From Pseudomonadota bacterium (GTDB taxonomy: Bacteria; Bdellovibrionota_B; Oligoflexia; Silvanigrellales; Silvanigrellaceae): a DNA stretch of 32,000 nucleotides. This document shows positions 1-9,100 of the stretch, piece by piece. The DNA is taken from assembly GCA_039799905.1 (NCBI GenBank), contig JBDLRP010000029.1, positions 83,535 through 115,534 on the forward strand, read 5' to 3'. A model generated the notes under the pieces. That model made no database searches. It was not told where the DNA came from and saw only the letters and a program-made list of their open reading frames with translations. How positions within the stretch are numbered: the first letter of the stretch is position 1; every line of letters begins with the position of its first letter. The position numbers were made by a program, and so were the translations under genes.

Positions 1-477
1 ATCAACCTGAAAGGGCTGCGAACGATCCGACGAAAACCGACCGTCAGCGAACATGCGCAAGCTGGCGATTCCGAGCCCTTCGGAACGTCCGTGAACCTGA
101 CCTGTCCCGGCTTCTGTGAACGCCCATCGGCCACCGGCACCGGCGTCCAGAAGAACACTCACAACAACGAGATCAATGTGTCGGCGTGTCTTTTCAAGAG
201 AATCCAAATTGTTCCATGCAGCCTCAAGTTGACGATGCCTTTCGATTCCTCCCGCTTCAAAATGCCGCCAGCGACTGTGAAAAGGGATGTCGAGTGTCGG
301 ATAATCATGCCTGATTAATTCGAAGATGTAGTCCGCAACGGCCGGAAGACAATCCTCATGCACACTGAAATGGCGGAGTTTATCTTGCTCAGCAAGACTG
401 TATAAGCGCGCACACTGACTGCGGACTGTGGCAAGTTGCCGAAGACCTGACAATGAAAATTGTTGCCCGCCGCTCAT
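1..477 (-). CDS. DUF1688-family protein (URC4/urg3-like, uracil catabolism), truncated by window edge
   Basis: Translated by hand from the ATG at 477-475, overlapping the TGA of the upstream gene (TGATG). Gives MSGGQQFSLSGLRQLATVRSQCARLYSLAEQDKLRHFSVHEDCLPAVADYIFELIRHDYPTLDIPFHSRWRHFEAGGIERHRQ...DLVVVSVLLDAGAGGRWAFTEAGTGQVHGRSEGLGIASLRMFADGRFSSD. The PFHSRWRHFEAGG, DLVVVSVLLDAGAG and RSEGLxxASLxMF strings are typical of DUF1688. Confidence 0.88.
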   Translation of the reverse strand, partial: MSGGQQFSLSGLRQLATVRSQCARLYSLAEQDKLRHFSVHEDCLPAVADYIFELIRHDYPTLDIPFHSRWRHFEAGGIERHRQLEAAWNNLDSLEKTRRHIDLVVVSVLLDAGAGGRWAFTEAGTGQVHGRSEGLGIASLRMFADGRFSSDRSQPFQVD

Positions 478-1727
478 CACAATTCCCGTCCCTTCTTCTT
501 TTTCAACTCGCTCTCGTCGGGAACATGATCGGTGAAGTAACCAGCGGCTTTTTTCGCATCCATTTCGACCTGCGCATCAGCTGGAATCAGATCGTCGGGA
601 ATCTCAAATCGATCGTGAACAACGATGCCTGAATTCACGATTGCATTGTATTTCATGTTGCTCATTGATACGAGTCGATCGATGCGTGTGACGCCAAGCC
701 AATGCAAAACATCGGGCATCAGCTCCTGAAAACGCATGTCCTGAACACCCGCGACACACTCCGTGCGCGCAAAATATTTATCCGCGCGATCGCCTCCCTC
801 TTGTCTCTTGCGCGCATTATAAACAAGGAACTTGGTGACTTCGCCGAGGGCCCGACCTTCTTTGCGACAGTACACAATGATGCCGAGTCCGCCCTCTTGC
901 GCGGCCTGCGCGCACACCTCGATGCCGTGTGTCAGATAAGGTCTGCAAGTGCAGATGTCAGAACCAAAAACGTCCGAACCGTTGCATTCATCATGAATAC
1001 GCACAGCAACCGGTTTTGACGGATCATCAATCGCCGACATGTCGCCGAAGATATAGATGCTGTATCCGCCGATCGGCGGCAAAAAGACAGAAAAGTCGGG
1101 CCGCGTGATCAACTCCGGATACATGCCGCCGGTTTGCTCGAACAGAGTTCTGCGCAGAGTCCCCTCATCGATTCCGCAGCGTTTGGCAACTCCGGGAAGG
1201 TACCAAACTGGTTCGATGGCGGCTTTGGTTACACTGCAGATCCCCTCTTCGGAGACAATCTCTCCGTCGGGTTTAAGTCGTCCCTTCACTACAGCTTCGG
1301 AGATTTCCGGCATGTGGATATGAGCCTTCGTGACAGCGATGGACGGACGAATGTCATAGCCTTTTTCAAGAAGGTCTTTATAGGTGTCAGCAACCAGCGC
1401 GCCCCAAGGATCCAGAGACACAATTTTGTCGGGATCAGACCAGCTTGGAAAAGGTCCAACCGATACTGCTGGAGCTGTGTTTGTCAGATCAGGCTTGTGC
1501 ATCGATTGCAAAGATCCCGTCGCAATCGCAAGCGCCCGATAAATGGCATATGAGCCTGAGTGAGTACCAATGGCATTTCGATGCGCCTGATTGGCAACCG
1601 TGGCAATGACCGGACCACGCGCAATCGGATCGCGATCGCCCCATTGAATACTTGGAGGCTTCGGGCCGAAATGATTCGGATGAGAAGTCAGAACAATATG
1701 CTGAGAACCCTGTCGTTGCTGAGTCAC
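477..1727 (-). CDS. GTP cyclohydrolase II-like protein of the URC1 (uracil catabolism) type
   Basis: 416 aa. GCHII-like zinc ligands in CNGSDVFGSDICTC and a variant RKEGRALGEVTKFLVYNARKR in place of the riboflavin-type REGRGIGL. Also AGVQDMRFQELMPDVLHWLG and SMSNMKYNAIVNSGI. Adjacent to a DUF1688 gene. Confidence 0.88.
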   Translation of the reverse strand: MTQQRQGSQHIVLTSHPNHFGPKPPSIQWGDRDPIARGPVIATVANQAHRNAIGTHSGSYAIYRALAIATGSLQSMHKPDLTNTAPAVSVGPFPSWSDPDKIVSLDPWGALVADTYKDLLEKGYDIRPSIAVTKAHIHMPEISEAVVKGRLKPDGEIVSEEGICSVTKAAIEPVWYLPGVAKRCGIDEGTLRRTLFEQTGGMYPELITRPDFSVFLPPIGGYSIYIFGDMSAIDDPSKPVAVRIHDECNGSDVFGSDICTCRPYLTHGIEVCAQAAQEGGLGIIVYCRKEGRALGEVTKFLVYNARKRQEGGDRADKYFARTECVAGVQDMRFQELMPDVLHWLGVTRIDRLVSMSNMKYNAIVNSGIVVHDRFEIPDDLIPADAQVEMDAKKAAGYFTDHVPDESELKKKKGREL

Positions 1728-1745
1728 TGCTGAACCCTCTGTATA

Positions 1746-3254
1746 TTAAGTCGTATGAAGTAAGAACTGACCGGCATTTGAATCAGATGATTTTAGTGCT
1801 GGCCAGGTTGTTGTGATCTTCTTGAGGTCCGACCAAAAATCCAATCCGCTCCGGCCGGTGATGTCACCATGTCCAAAACGAGATTGCTTGGTTCCACCGA
1901 AAGAGAAGGGTTCACGTGGAACAGGCACACCGATGTTGATACCAATCATCCCGGCGGTAGAACCCGACGCCACAAACTGTGCGACGTCGCCGCGTGTGGT
2001 GAAAACCGCCGCGGCATTTCCGTAGGGTGATGCGTTGGAGATTGACAGAGCCTCTTCGAGACTTGAGCAGCGGATCACTGTCAACACCGGACCAAAGATC
2101 TCCATCTGTGCGCATTCCATTGAAGGCTTTGCCTGATCGATGATGGTTGCGCCAAGCCAATTTCCTGCTTCGCTACCGGCAGCCGCCGATTTTTTTCCTC
2201 GGCCATCGAGAAGGAGACGCGCCCCCTGTTTCTCGGCATTGGCGACCGCGCCCTCAATACGGTTCAGCGACGCGCGATCGATGATGGCACCCATCTCCGA
2301 GCCCAGCACCTGACGCGACGCCAGATTGACTACTTTTTCAATCACGTGATCTACATCACCCACAGCGAGAAGCACGCTGGCCGCCATGCAGCGCTGTCCC
2401 GCACAACCGGTAAACGAAGACAAAATTCCACGCGCAGAGGATTCCGGCTCGCAGTCGGGCATCAATATTATGTGATTTTTAGCGCCACCCAATGCAAGGA
2501 CGCGCTTACCTGCGGCGGTTCCCATTTTGTAGACATGCGACGCCACCGCCGTTGAACCGACAAAACCGACCGCCTGTACATCCCGATGGGAGGCAAGCGC
2601 ATCCACGACTTCAGCGCCTCCGTTGACAATTGAAAACACCCCTGCAGGCAGTCCGGCCTTCATCAGAAGGTCGCCGAGAATCTGCGATGTCAGCGGTACC
2701 TTCTCCGAGGGTTTCAGAATGAAGGAATTCCCGACAATGAGCGCCAGAGGAATCATCCACAAGGGAACCATGGCCGGAAAATTGAACGGAGTGATGCCTG
2801 CGACGACCCCCAACGGTTCGCGCCGGAACTGACAATAAACTCCTTGGCTGACCTCAGCGGCGATCATCTGTTCACTGTTGGGCAGGCTCACGGCAAACTC
2901 GATAATCTCCATTCCCTTCTGCAGTCCGGCCTCGGCCTCGACTCTTGTTTTGCCGGACTCGAGTGCCACTGAATTTATCAGAACCGGCATGGAATCAATC
3001 ATAAGATTTCTGAATTTTGATAAGATTTCTGCGCGATTCCGCAGGGGCATCTGCCGCCACAGAGGCCATGCGGCATGCGCAGCGCGAACAGCATCATCAA
3101 CGTGCTTGGCTGTCGAAAGAGGGACTCTGCCGAGCAGTTTTCCGTTGTAGGGACTCAGGATATCGCGCAGCGGAAGATTGGCCGGATCCTGCCATACCCC
3201 GCCGATGAGATTTCCGCACTGAACGGGTTGCGCGGGAAAGTTGAGACTGGTCAT
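1746..3254 (-). CDS. mmsA: CoA-acylating methylmalonate-semialdehyde/malonate-semialdehyde dehydrogenase family protein
   Basis: 502 aa aldehyde dehydrogenase with VAGITPFNFPAMVPLWMIPLAL, GFVGSTAVASHVY, GGAKNHIILMPDC and catalytic Cys in SSFTGCAGQRCMAASV, the MmsA/IolA pattern. Confidence 0.88.
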   Translation of the reverse strand: MTSLNFPAQPVQCGNLIGGVWQDPANLPLRDILSPYNGKLLGRVPLSTAKHVDDAVRAAHAAWPLWRQMPLRNRAEILSKFRNLMIDSMPVLINSVALESGKTRVEAEAGLQKGMEIIEFAVSLPNSEQMIAAEVSQGVYCQFRREPLGVVAGITPFNFPAMVPLWMIPLALIVGNSFILKPSEKVPLTSQILGDLLMKAGLPAGVFSIVNGGAEVVDALASHRDVQAVGFVGSTAVASHVYKMGTAAGKRVLALGGAKNHIILMPDCEPESSARGILSSFTGCAGQRCMAASVLLAVGDVDHVIEKVVNLASRQVLGSEMGAIIDRASLNRIEGAVANAEKQGARLLLDGRGKKSAAAGSEAGNWLGATIIDQAKPSMECAQMEIFGPVLTVIRCSSLEEALSISNASPYGNAAAVFTTRGDVAQFVASGSTAGMIGINIGVPVPREPFSFGGTKQSRFGHGDITGRSGLDFWSDLKKITTTWPALKSSDSNAGQFLLHTT

Positions 3255-3484
3255 GAATATCTTGCCCTCTGGTAATCTGTACTATGACGGCTGTGAGCCA
3301 GACTCATGAGTGTAGCAAGCCCGAGGCCGGGGATCGAGTTCTGCACTTTTTCAGTTGGGGCAGTTGACTCATTTAAAATTTCGTGTCGCGCATCTTTACG
3401 GATTTTTTCCTCAAGGCACATCTTGTCAGTTTTAAACTTGCGCTGTAAGGTCACAGACAGGTATTCAAGAAAGGAACACCGCGC

Positions 3485-3829
3485 ATGAAAAAGCCTACTA
3501 CAGTTTCTACCAGCCAGTTGATCTCTGCCGTTGCAAGCAAGCACGACGAACTGCCAAAGAAAGTAACGAAGGAACTCATCGTTGAGTTTCTCGCTGAAAT
3601 CGAGTCAGAACTCGTCAGCCGCCAATCCAAGATCCGTCTCGACAAAGTCGGCATCATTCAGGTCAAAGAGCGCGCTGCTCGCAAAGGCCGCAACCCACAG
3701 ACAGGCGAAGAAATTCGCATTCCTGCTTCCAAGAAAGTTGCTTTCCGCGCTGCCAAGTCTCTGAAAGAGGCTGTCGGCATCAAGAAGAAGGCTACAGCTG
3801 CGAAGAAGGCCCCTGCACGCAAGAAGTAA
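3485..3829 (+). CDS. HU/IHF-family DNA-binding protein with short Lys/Ala-rich C-terminal tail
   Basis: 114 aa with KIRLDKVGIIQVKERAARKGRNPQTGEEIRIPASKKVAFRAAKSLKEAV (HU signature), followed by KKKATAAKKAPARKK. Confidence 0.93.
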   Translation: MKKPTTVSTSQLISAVASKHDELPKKVTKELIVEFLAEIESELVSRQSKIRLDKVGIIQVKERAARKGRNPQTGEEIRIPASKKVAFRAAKSLKEAVGIKKKATAAKKAPARKK

Positions 3830-3881
3830 TTTCTGCTGCAGCTGCATACGTCCCACTCAATTTGAGTGCGATACTGCCTTG

Positions 3882-3909
3882 AAAACCACCCCATGCGGGT
3901 GGTTTTTGT
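3882..3909 (+). terminator. Rho-independent terminator downstream of the HU-like gene
   Basis: AAAACCACCC-catgc-GGGTGGTTTTtgttttcc: 10-bp perfect stem followed by a T-rich run. Confidence 0.85.
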
Positions 3910-3913
3910 TTTC

Positions 3914-3943
3914 CCGACATAACAACGTTTGAAATTATATAAT
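3914..3943 (+). promoter_or_regulatory. Candidate sigma70-like promoter for the protease gene
   Basis: TATAAT at 3938-3943 with a weak -35-like CCGACA 18 bp upstream. It lies between a terminator and the next ORF. Confidence 0.4.
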
Positions 3944-3971
3944 TCACGCGCGAACATCACGCATTCAACCT

Positions 3972-4799
3972 GTGCATGCGGATACCGATATGTTTGTCGT
4001 GCCTTTTATCGTGCCCCATTCAGAGCTGGCGCTGCCAAAGGCAGTGGCGATTGTCCGTCACATCTCAGGAACGCAGCAGTTCTTTTGCAGCGGTGTACCA
4101 CTCACCGAGAGAGTCATTCTCACGGCAGCTCACTGTGTTCACCGATCGCTGTCTACGACAAACGCAAGCGCGGCGGGAGACATCACACTGAGAAAACCGA
4201 ACGACCCCAGCAGTCAGTTCAAGGTGCTCCGCATTCTCATTCATCCCGACTACGACGCAAAGGGCCCGTCGGCAAAACAGGAAGATTTCGATCTTGCATT
4301 GGTTGAATCCGAAAGTTTACTCACAAAGGGTGCCATTGAATCGTCGGCCAGCAGAGACTTCGAACCACCGAATCATTTTCCAAACACCGAATTCTGGCTA
4401 GCGGGATTCAGTCCAGTCAGGCTTGGCTCGAATGACCCCAATCATCTCACAAAATCGCCCACGGCATGGGCTCCCTTAAAAATAAAGCATCTGATCGCGC
4501 AAGAAGGCAAATTTCTTGCGCGCGCTGTAGAAACCAACTCCGCAGCAGCGTGTGCCGGAGATTCGGGTGCACCGGTATGGCAGTTCAAACAAGAGCAAAG
4601 CGCCCTGATTGGAATCGTTGTGCAAGGCAACTGCCTGAAGGGCGACGCAAAGATCGTCAATCTGAAGAAATATGCTGCTTGGATTGACGAAGCTTCGGAA
4701 CGTCTCAATGCAATTCATCAAGTTGCATGGGCAACGTGGAAAAACGTCCTTTGGCGTCAAGCTGAAGCCGCCCGCATGGTACATCGGGATCGTGAGTGA
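3972..4799 (+). CDS. Trypsin-like serine protease (family S1)
   Basis: Triad motifs LTAAHCVH, EDFDLALVES and CAGDSGAPVWQF. The start codon is uncertain (GTG at 3972 or the downstream ATG). Confidence 0.9.
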   Translation: MHADTDMFVVPFIVPHSELALPKAVAIVRHISGTQQFFCSGVPLTERVILTAAHCVHRSLSTTNASAAGDITLRKPNDPSSQFKVLRILIHPDYDAKGPSAKQEDFDLALVESESLLTKGAIESSASRDFEPPNHFPNTEFWLAGFSPVRLGSNDPNHLTKSPTAWAPLKIKHLIAQEGKFLARAVETNSAAACAGDSGAPVWQFKQEQSALIGIVVQGNCLKGDAKIVNLKKYAAWIDEASERLNAIHQVAWATWKNVLWRQAEAARMVHRDRE

Positions 4800-5556
4800 A
4801 AAACAACATTCCTCCACGCGGCGCCAAGGCTTCCAAAAGACCTTTTTTCTCGTCAATGACCAACTCGGGATACCGATCGTAGCCCATGCTGATGGGCACA
4901 TGGACCCACGGAGCTCCAGGGATGAGGTCTGAAGTAAAAACCAGCGGACCCAGAGATGTTTTGATCTCAGCCATCATCAATCCGGGGGTGTGACCATCAG
5001 AAAAATGAAAACTGACGAAGTCAGCGATTGCGGGATGAGCTTCGCGATCAATGAGGCAAAGTCGTCCGCTCTCAGTTAAAAGACGATTGAGGTCAGGTAC
5101 AAAGGACGCCCTGTCTCGCGAATGCGGAGCGTTTGATCGTTGCCAGTTTTTAGCCGAGGCATGAATTCGTGCACGCGGGAAAATCAGTTTGAGCGGACCG
5201 TCTTCGTAACGGCTCAATACACCGCCGGCGTGATCAAAGTGCAGGTGGGAGAGAACAACGTCGTCAATGTCATCGGGGCTAAAACCAAGGGTTTTCAGAC
5301 TTTGCACAAGCACATGCTCGCTCTCGACAACGCCGAACCTCTCGCGCATTTTCGGTTCAAAAAACGCACCAATTCCGGCTTCAAAGAGTACCTTTTGACC
5401 TTGATCGGTCACCACGAGCAAACTGCGGCAGGCAAGTGAAATGCGGTTCAACTCATCGGGCGGCGACCACTTTTCCCACATTGCGCGTGGAGCGTTGCCA
5501 TACATCGCACCACCATCGAGCTTCTGCGTATTTCCTTCAACCGAATAAAATTTCAT
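4705..5556 (-). CDS. MBL-fold metallo-hydrolase
   Basis: 283 aa with VVLSHLHFDHAGG, FTSDLIPGAPWVH and FFTHDPDVPCG. Confidence 0.9.
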   Translation of the reverse strand: MKFYSVEGNTQKLDGGAMYGNAPRAMWEKWSPPDELNRISLACRSLLVVTDQGQKVLFEAGIGAFFEPKMRERFGVVESEHVLVQSLKTLGFSPDDIDDVVLSHLHFDHAGGVLSRYEDGPLKLIFPRARIHASAKNWQRSNAPHSRDRASFVPDLNRLLTESGRLCLIDREAHPAIADFVSFHFSDGHTPGLMMAEIKTSLGPLVFTSDLIPGAPWVHVPISMGYDRYPELVIDEKKGLLEALAPRGGMLFFTHDPDVPCGRLQLDAKGRFSTLPMQLDELH

Positions 5557-7052
5557 TCCTGTTCACTCCATCCGAGCCGGTAAACCGTTTCAGTATGCCA
5601 ATGCTCGTTCTTTTTAACCCATGGTTTAGTCTCTGCAAGACGGGATGTCGAGTGGGGAACTCCCATCCAGGCACTCATCACCGCGTTGAGAAAATCGAAT
5701 TGCTGCTTCAAGACTGAGCGGCGGATCTGCTCCTCCTCAGGAGGTTTCGACGATGAAGACAGAGAATTGACCAAAACGCCGGAGCCTGAATCCTGATAGA
5801 CAATTTCAGCACCCCACAACTCTGAACCGAGCGCCTTCTTTCCAAGAACCTCACGGACGCGACTCACAAAAACATCACCGGCTGAACTGTTGAAAAAATC
5901 TTCAAGCCACGACGCTCCGTCGATGCTGCTGGTGCTCAAAACACCCAGCGTCTGCTCAACTTTACGGGCAAGGACATTTTGATTTAATAAAACACCGGCT
6001 GAACTGACGTTGCCTGTGCTCACACCTTTTGCGAATCTGCGCAGCTGATGTCCATCGACATATCGTTGCGATTCCGACATGGCCAAGCCTCCGCCGCATT
6101 CGTCAGAGACTCCGGAGTGCAAGAGAGTCAACAGACAATCGCGATTGTTCGACCAAAGCAAATGCTGTCCGCGCAGAGTCCAAAAAACGCTCAACTGAAT
6201 CTGAAAGTTCTCGCTGAGAGCGAGAAGCGGACTCAAGGGATTTTCAACGGGATCGACGTCAGAACAGTAATCGTCAGAAAGATTTTCCAAGTCACATAAC
6301 CGGCCGAACAATTCGGCGAGCTCTCGCCCCCCCAAGTCGACAAACGCCTCCCGAACAAATGGCTCGCCGCTTTGAATTTCAGCTTGAGCGCGGGGAATTG
6401 CATCGAGCCAGCTCGGCAAATCGGCGCCGTCGCTGCGGACGATGAGACCCTCTATCAAAGAGTCAAAAATGTACGGCGAAAACTGCGACTGGGCGGCAGC
6501 AACCAACCATCCCGAGAACGGCTTCGCCCAAATCGGAAAATCGAAATAAGCGGAACCCGCAAGTGCAATAAAACCGGACTTCCAGACGTCGGTAAAAAAA
6601 TCAGCGAAAGCCAAGTCATATGGATCGCGTTCGAAATAGCCTTCGTTTTCATCCTGAGCACCGTCGAATCCTTCACCCTCCTCAGGCGGCACAGGAACAG
6701 GAGGCAATACGTGAGGTTCATCCTGAGCCGCCGCATCTGTCTCCTCAAGAATCAGCAGATACTCCTGAAGCCAATCATCGAAATGTGCGAACGCTCTCTG
6801 AGCGTGTGCAGGATTCAACCACAGCGACACAGATACCCTCTGCAGCTCCTTGGAGGAGCCCTTGTCGTCGACGGTCGGGAATTGAATCCAGAGACTCACG
6901 GGCGCTTCTTTTGAGAAGGCATTGACCGTGTAAAAATTTTTACCGCGGGATGTGGCAAACCAAAGAATCATACCGCCAAGGGCAAAAGCCACAGTGGCGA
7001 CAAAAATGCCGGTGAAAAGAATTTTCAAAACTCTTGTCATGAAATTCCCCAC
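5553..7052 (-). CDS. Uncharacterised protein with an N-terminal TM/signal anchor
   Basis: 499-aa ORF with hydrophobic N-terminus (ILFTGIFVATVAFALGGMILWFA) and an ATGA-type 4-bp overlap with the MBL gene. I recognise no family. Confidence 0.75.
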   Translation of the reverse strand: MGNFMTRVLKILFTGIFVATVAFALGGMILWFATSRGKNFYTVNAFSKEAPVSLWIQFPTVDDKGSSKELQRVSVSLWLNPAHAQRAFAHFDDWLQEYLLILEETDAAAQDEPHVLPPVPVPPEEGEGFDGAQDENEGYFERDPYDLAFADFFTDVWKSGFIALAGSAYFDFPIWAKPFSGWLVAAAQSQFSPYIFDSLIEGLIVRSDGADLPSWLDAIPRAQAEIQSGEPFVREAFVDLGGRELAELFGRLCDLENLSDDYCSDVDPVENPLSPLLALSENFQIQLSVFWTLRGQHLLWSNNRDCLLTLLHSGVSDECGGGLAMSESQRYVDGHQLRRFAKGVSTGNVSSAGVLLNQNVLARKVEQTLGVLSTSSIDGASWLEDFFNSSAGDVFVSRVREVLGKKALGSELWGAEIVYQDSGSGVLVNSLSSSSKPPEEEQIRRSVLKQQFDFLNAVMSAWMGVPHSTSRLAETKPWVKKNEHWHTETVYRLGWSEQE

Positions 7053-7061
7053 AACCGCGGT

Positions 7062-9083
7062 CTAACGGAACAATTCAAACAGCCGCTTCGCAGCTTCAAT
7101 GCGCTGTGCCTCCTCGGCATCGGGATCGGTTTGGCTCAGTACAAGCTGATCGGCCGCAACTTCCGAGAGAAAGCGCGACGGTTCAACTCCGTCACCGCGG
7201 ACACTCCGATTGCCTCTGGCGCGAAAGCCGCAGTGACTCAGAAATAAATATTTCTGTGCACGCGTCAGCGCGACGTAAAACAGTCTGCGCTCCTCCTCAA
7301 CTCCCGCAGGCGTCTCCATGCTGCGTTCGTGAGGAAGACGCTTTTCTTCAACACCAACAACAAACACACAGGGAAACTCGAGTCCCTTGGACGCGTGAAT
7401 CGTCATCATCTGCACCCGATCGCCCGCCTCCTTCCGCGAAGAAAAACTGCTGTCGTCTAGATGCAGAGCGTCTGTCACATCTCCGAGCGAAAATGAATCT
7501 ATGTCCAGTTTCTCAATCAGACTCAGCATTTTTTCGACAAGGTTAATACGCCAATTCGCAATCTGCATGCTCTTGGAGGTTGCCAGAACGTCCTGCTTGA
7601 GCCCGAGGCCCTCAAAACACCCGCGGAGCGATTGTGCCACATCCGCCTTGCTGCCGGCCGCACGGAATTTTTCGAAAACAGGAATGAACTGGTCCAAAAA
7701 CAGACTGACGGCCGGAAATTGTTCCCTAACCGAAAGCAAATAACTCATAAACGACAGCCTGCGGTCGGACGAATGCGCAACCTCATAACCATCACGCAGT
7801 GTCTCAAGGGTTTTCAGACCAATTCCGCGGGCCGGAATGTTGATCACCCGGAAAAGTGAATTGACATCAAAAGGGTTGTTGACGAACTTGAGATAGGAGA
7901 GCAGGTCACGGATTTCTTTTTTATCAAAAAATTCACTCCCACCGTGGACGAAATATGGTACTTTTCGCTCGATGAATACCTGCTCGATAATATCGGTCTG
8001 CGCATTGCTCCTGACGAGAATGGTGAACGACGACCACGGCAACCCGTCCTCGCGGCGCAGTTTTTGTATCTGATCGGCAACAAAAATAGCCTCATCACGC
8101 TCATTCTCCGCAGAATGCAGCCGCACGGGCACTCGCTCGTCCTTGCGGCTCCAGAGAGTTTTTCCAAGCCGGGTGAGATTTGTCGCAATCACTGAATTCG
8201 CGACCGCAAGAATCTGGCTGCTGCAACGGTAATTCTGCTCAAGCGTCACACGCCGAGTTTCCGGAAACACCTCAAGGAAATCGAACAGTACTTTCGGTTT
8301 TGCACCACGCCATGCGTAAATGCTCTGATCATCGTCTCCCACGGCACAGACGTTGCGGTGCGTTTCTCCGAGCAGCCGGACAAGTTCGAACTGCGCGTTG
8401 CTGGTGTCCTGAAATTCATCGACCAAAAAATGCCGATAGCGCTCTGTCAGCTGCTCCCTTATCGCGGGATGCTGCCTCATCATAAGCACAGTGCGATATA
8501 CAATGTCGTTGAAGTCCACCAGGTTGAACAGTCGCAGACGGCGCTCGTAGTCTTCAAAAAGTTTTTTGACCAACAGGCGATTGACCAGATGGGAAGCCTT
8601 TGACAAATCCTGCGGCAGCAGCAAATCGTCTTTGCACGTGCCGATGATTTCCGAAGCCTTCGCAAGAGAAAAGATTTCCTGCAGCTTGTGGGCCTGTAAA
8701 CTCTCCTTCAACAAATCGCGACTTGTTCCCTCATCAGCAATCGAAAAGCCCGAACGCAATCCGGCGTGCTCGGGAAATTCCCTCAGAATGCGCAGACAGA
8801 ACGAATGAAAAGTTGACAACACCGAACGTTTTTGAATTTGCTTGCCAACCATGTGAGCGAGTCGCTCGCCCATCTCACGCGCTGCCTTGTTGGTAAAACT
8901 GACAGCGACAATCTGTTCAGGTCGCACGCCGCTGGCAATCAAGTTGGCAATCCGTGACGTAATCACTTTGGTCTTGCCCGTTCCTGCACCTGCAAGGACA
9001 AGCAATGGCCCCTGTAGTGTTTCAACCGCACTGCGCTGTTCGGGATTCAGCGATTTGAGTACATCGCCCATTGCTTGAACCAT
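7062..9083 (-). CDS. UvrD/Rep/PcrA-family ATP-dependent DNA helicase
   Basis: SLNPEQRSAV, Walker A GAGTGKTKVITSRI, QDTSNAQFELVRLL, VGDDDQSIYAWRGA, LEQNYRCS, TIHASKGLEFPCVFVVG and EERRLFYVALTRA. Translation may start at the internal Met (9071). Confidence 0.95.
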   Translation of the reverse strand: MVQAMGDVLKSLNPEQRSAVETLQGPLLVLAGAGTGKTKVITSRIANLIASGVRPEQIVAVSFTNKAAREMGERLAHMVGKQIQKRSVLSTFHSFCLRILREFPEHAGLRSGFSIADEGTSRDLLKESLQAHKLQEIFSLAKASEIIGTCKDDLLLPQDLSKASHLVNRLLVKKLFEDYERRLRLFNLVDFNDIVYRTVLMMRQHPAIREQLTERYRHFLVDEFQDTSNAQFELVRLLGETHRNVCAVGDDDQSIYAWRGAKPKVLFDFLEVFPETRRVTLEQNYRCSSQILAVANSVIATNLTRLGKTLWSRKDERVPVRLHSAENERDEAIFVADQIQKLRREDGLPWSSFTILVRSNAQTDIIEQVFIERKVPYFVHGGSEFFDKKEIRDLLSYLKFVNNPFDVNSLFRVINIPARGIGLKTLETLRDGYEVAHSSDRRLSFMSYLLSVREQFPAVSLFLDQFIPVFEKFRAAGSKADVAQSLRGCFEGLGLKQDVLATSKSMQIANWRINLVEKMLSLIEKLDIDSFSLGDVTDALHLDDSSFSSRKEAGDRVQMMTIHASKGLEFPCVFVVGVEEKRLPHERSMETPAGVEEERRLFYVALTRAQKYLFLSHCGFRARGNRSVRGDGVEPSRFLSEVAADQLVLSQTDPDAEEAQRIEAAKRLFELFR

Positions 9084-9100
9084 GTGTTCACCTGTGCCTG

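Noticed and set aside
477-1727. ribA, riboflavin GTP cyclohydrolase II
   Set aside because: Long N-terminal extension, changed catalytic motif (RKEGRALGEVTK) and adjacency to DUF1688 fit URC1 better than riboflavin synthesis.
6372-6914. 180-aa plus-strand ORF, and others antisense to the 499-aa gene
   Set aside because: Fully contained opposite a longer supported ORF with Arg/Gly-rich shadow translation.
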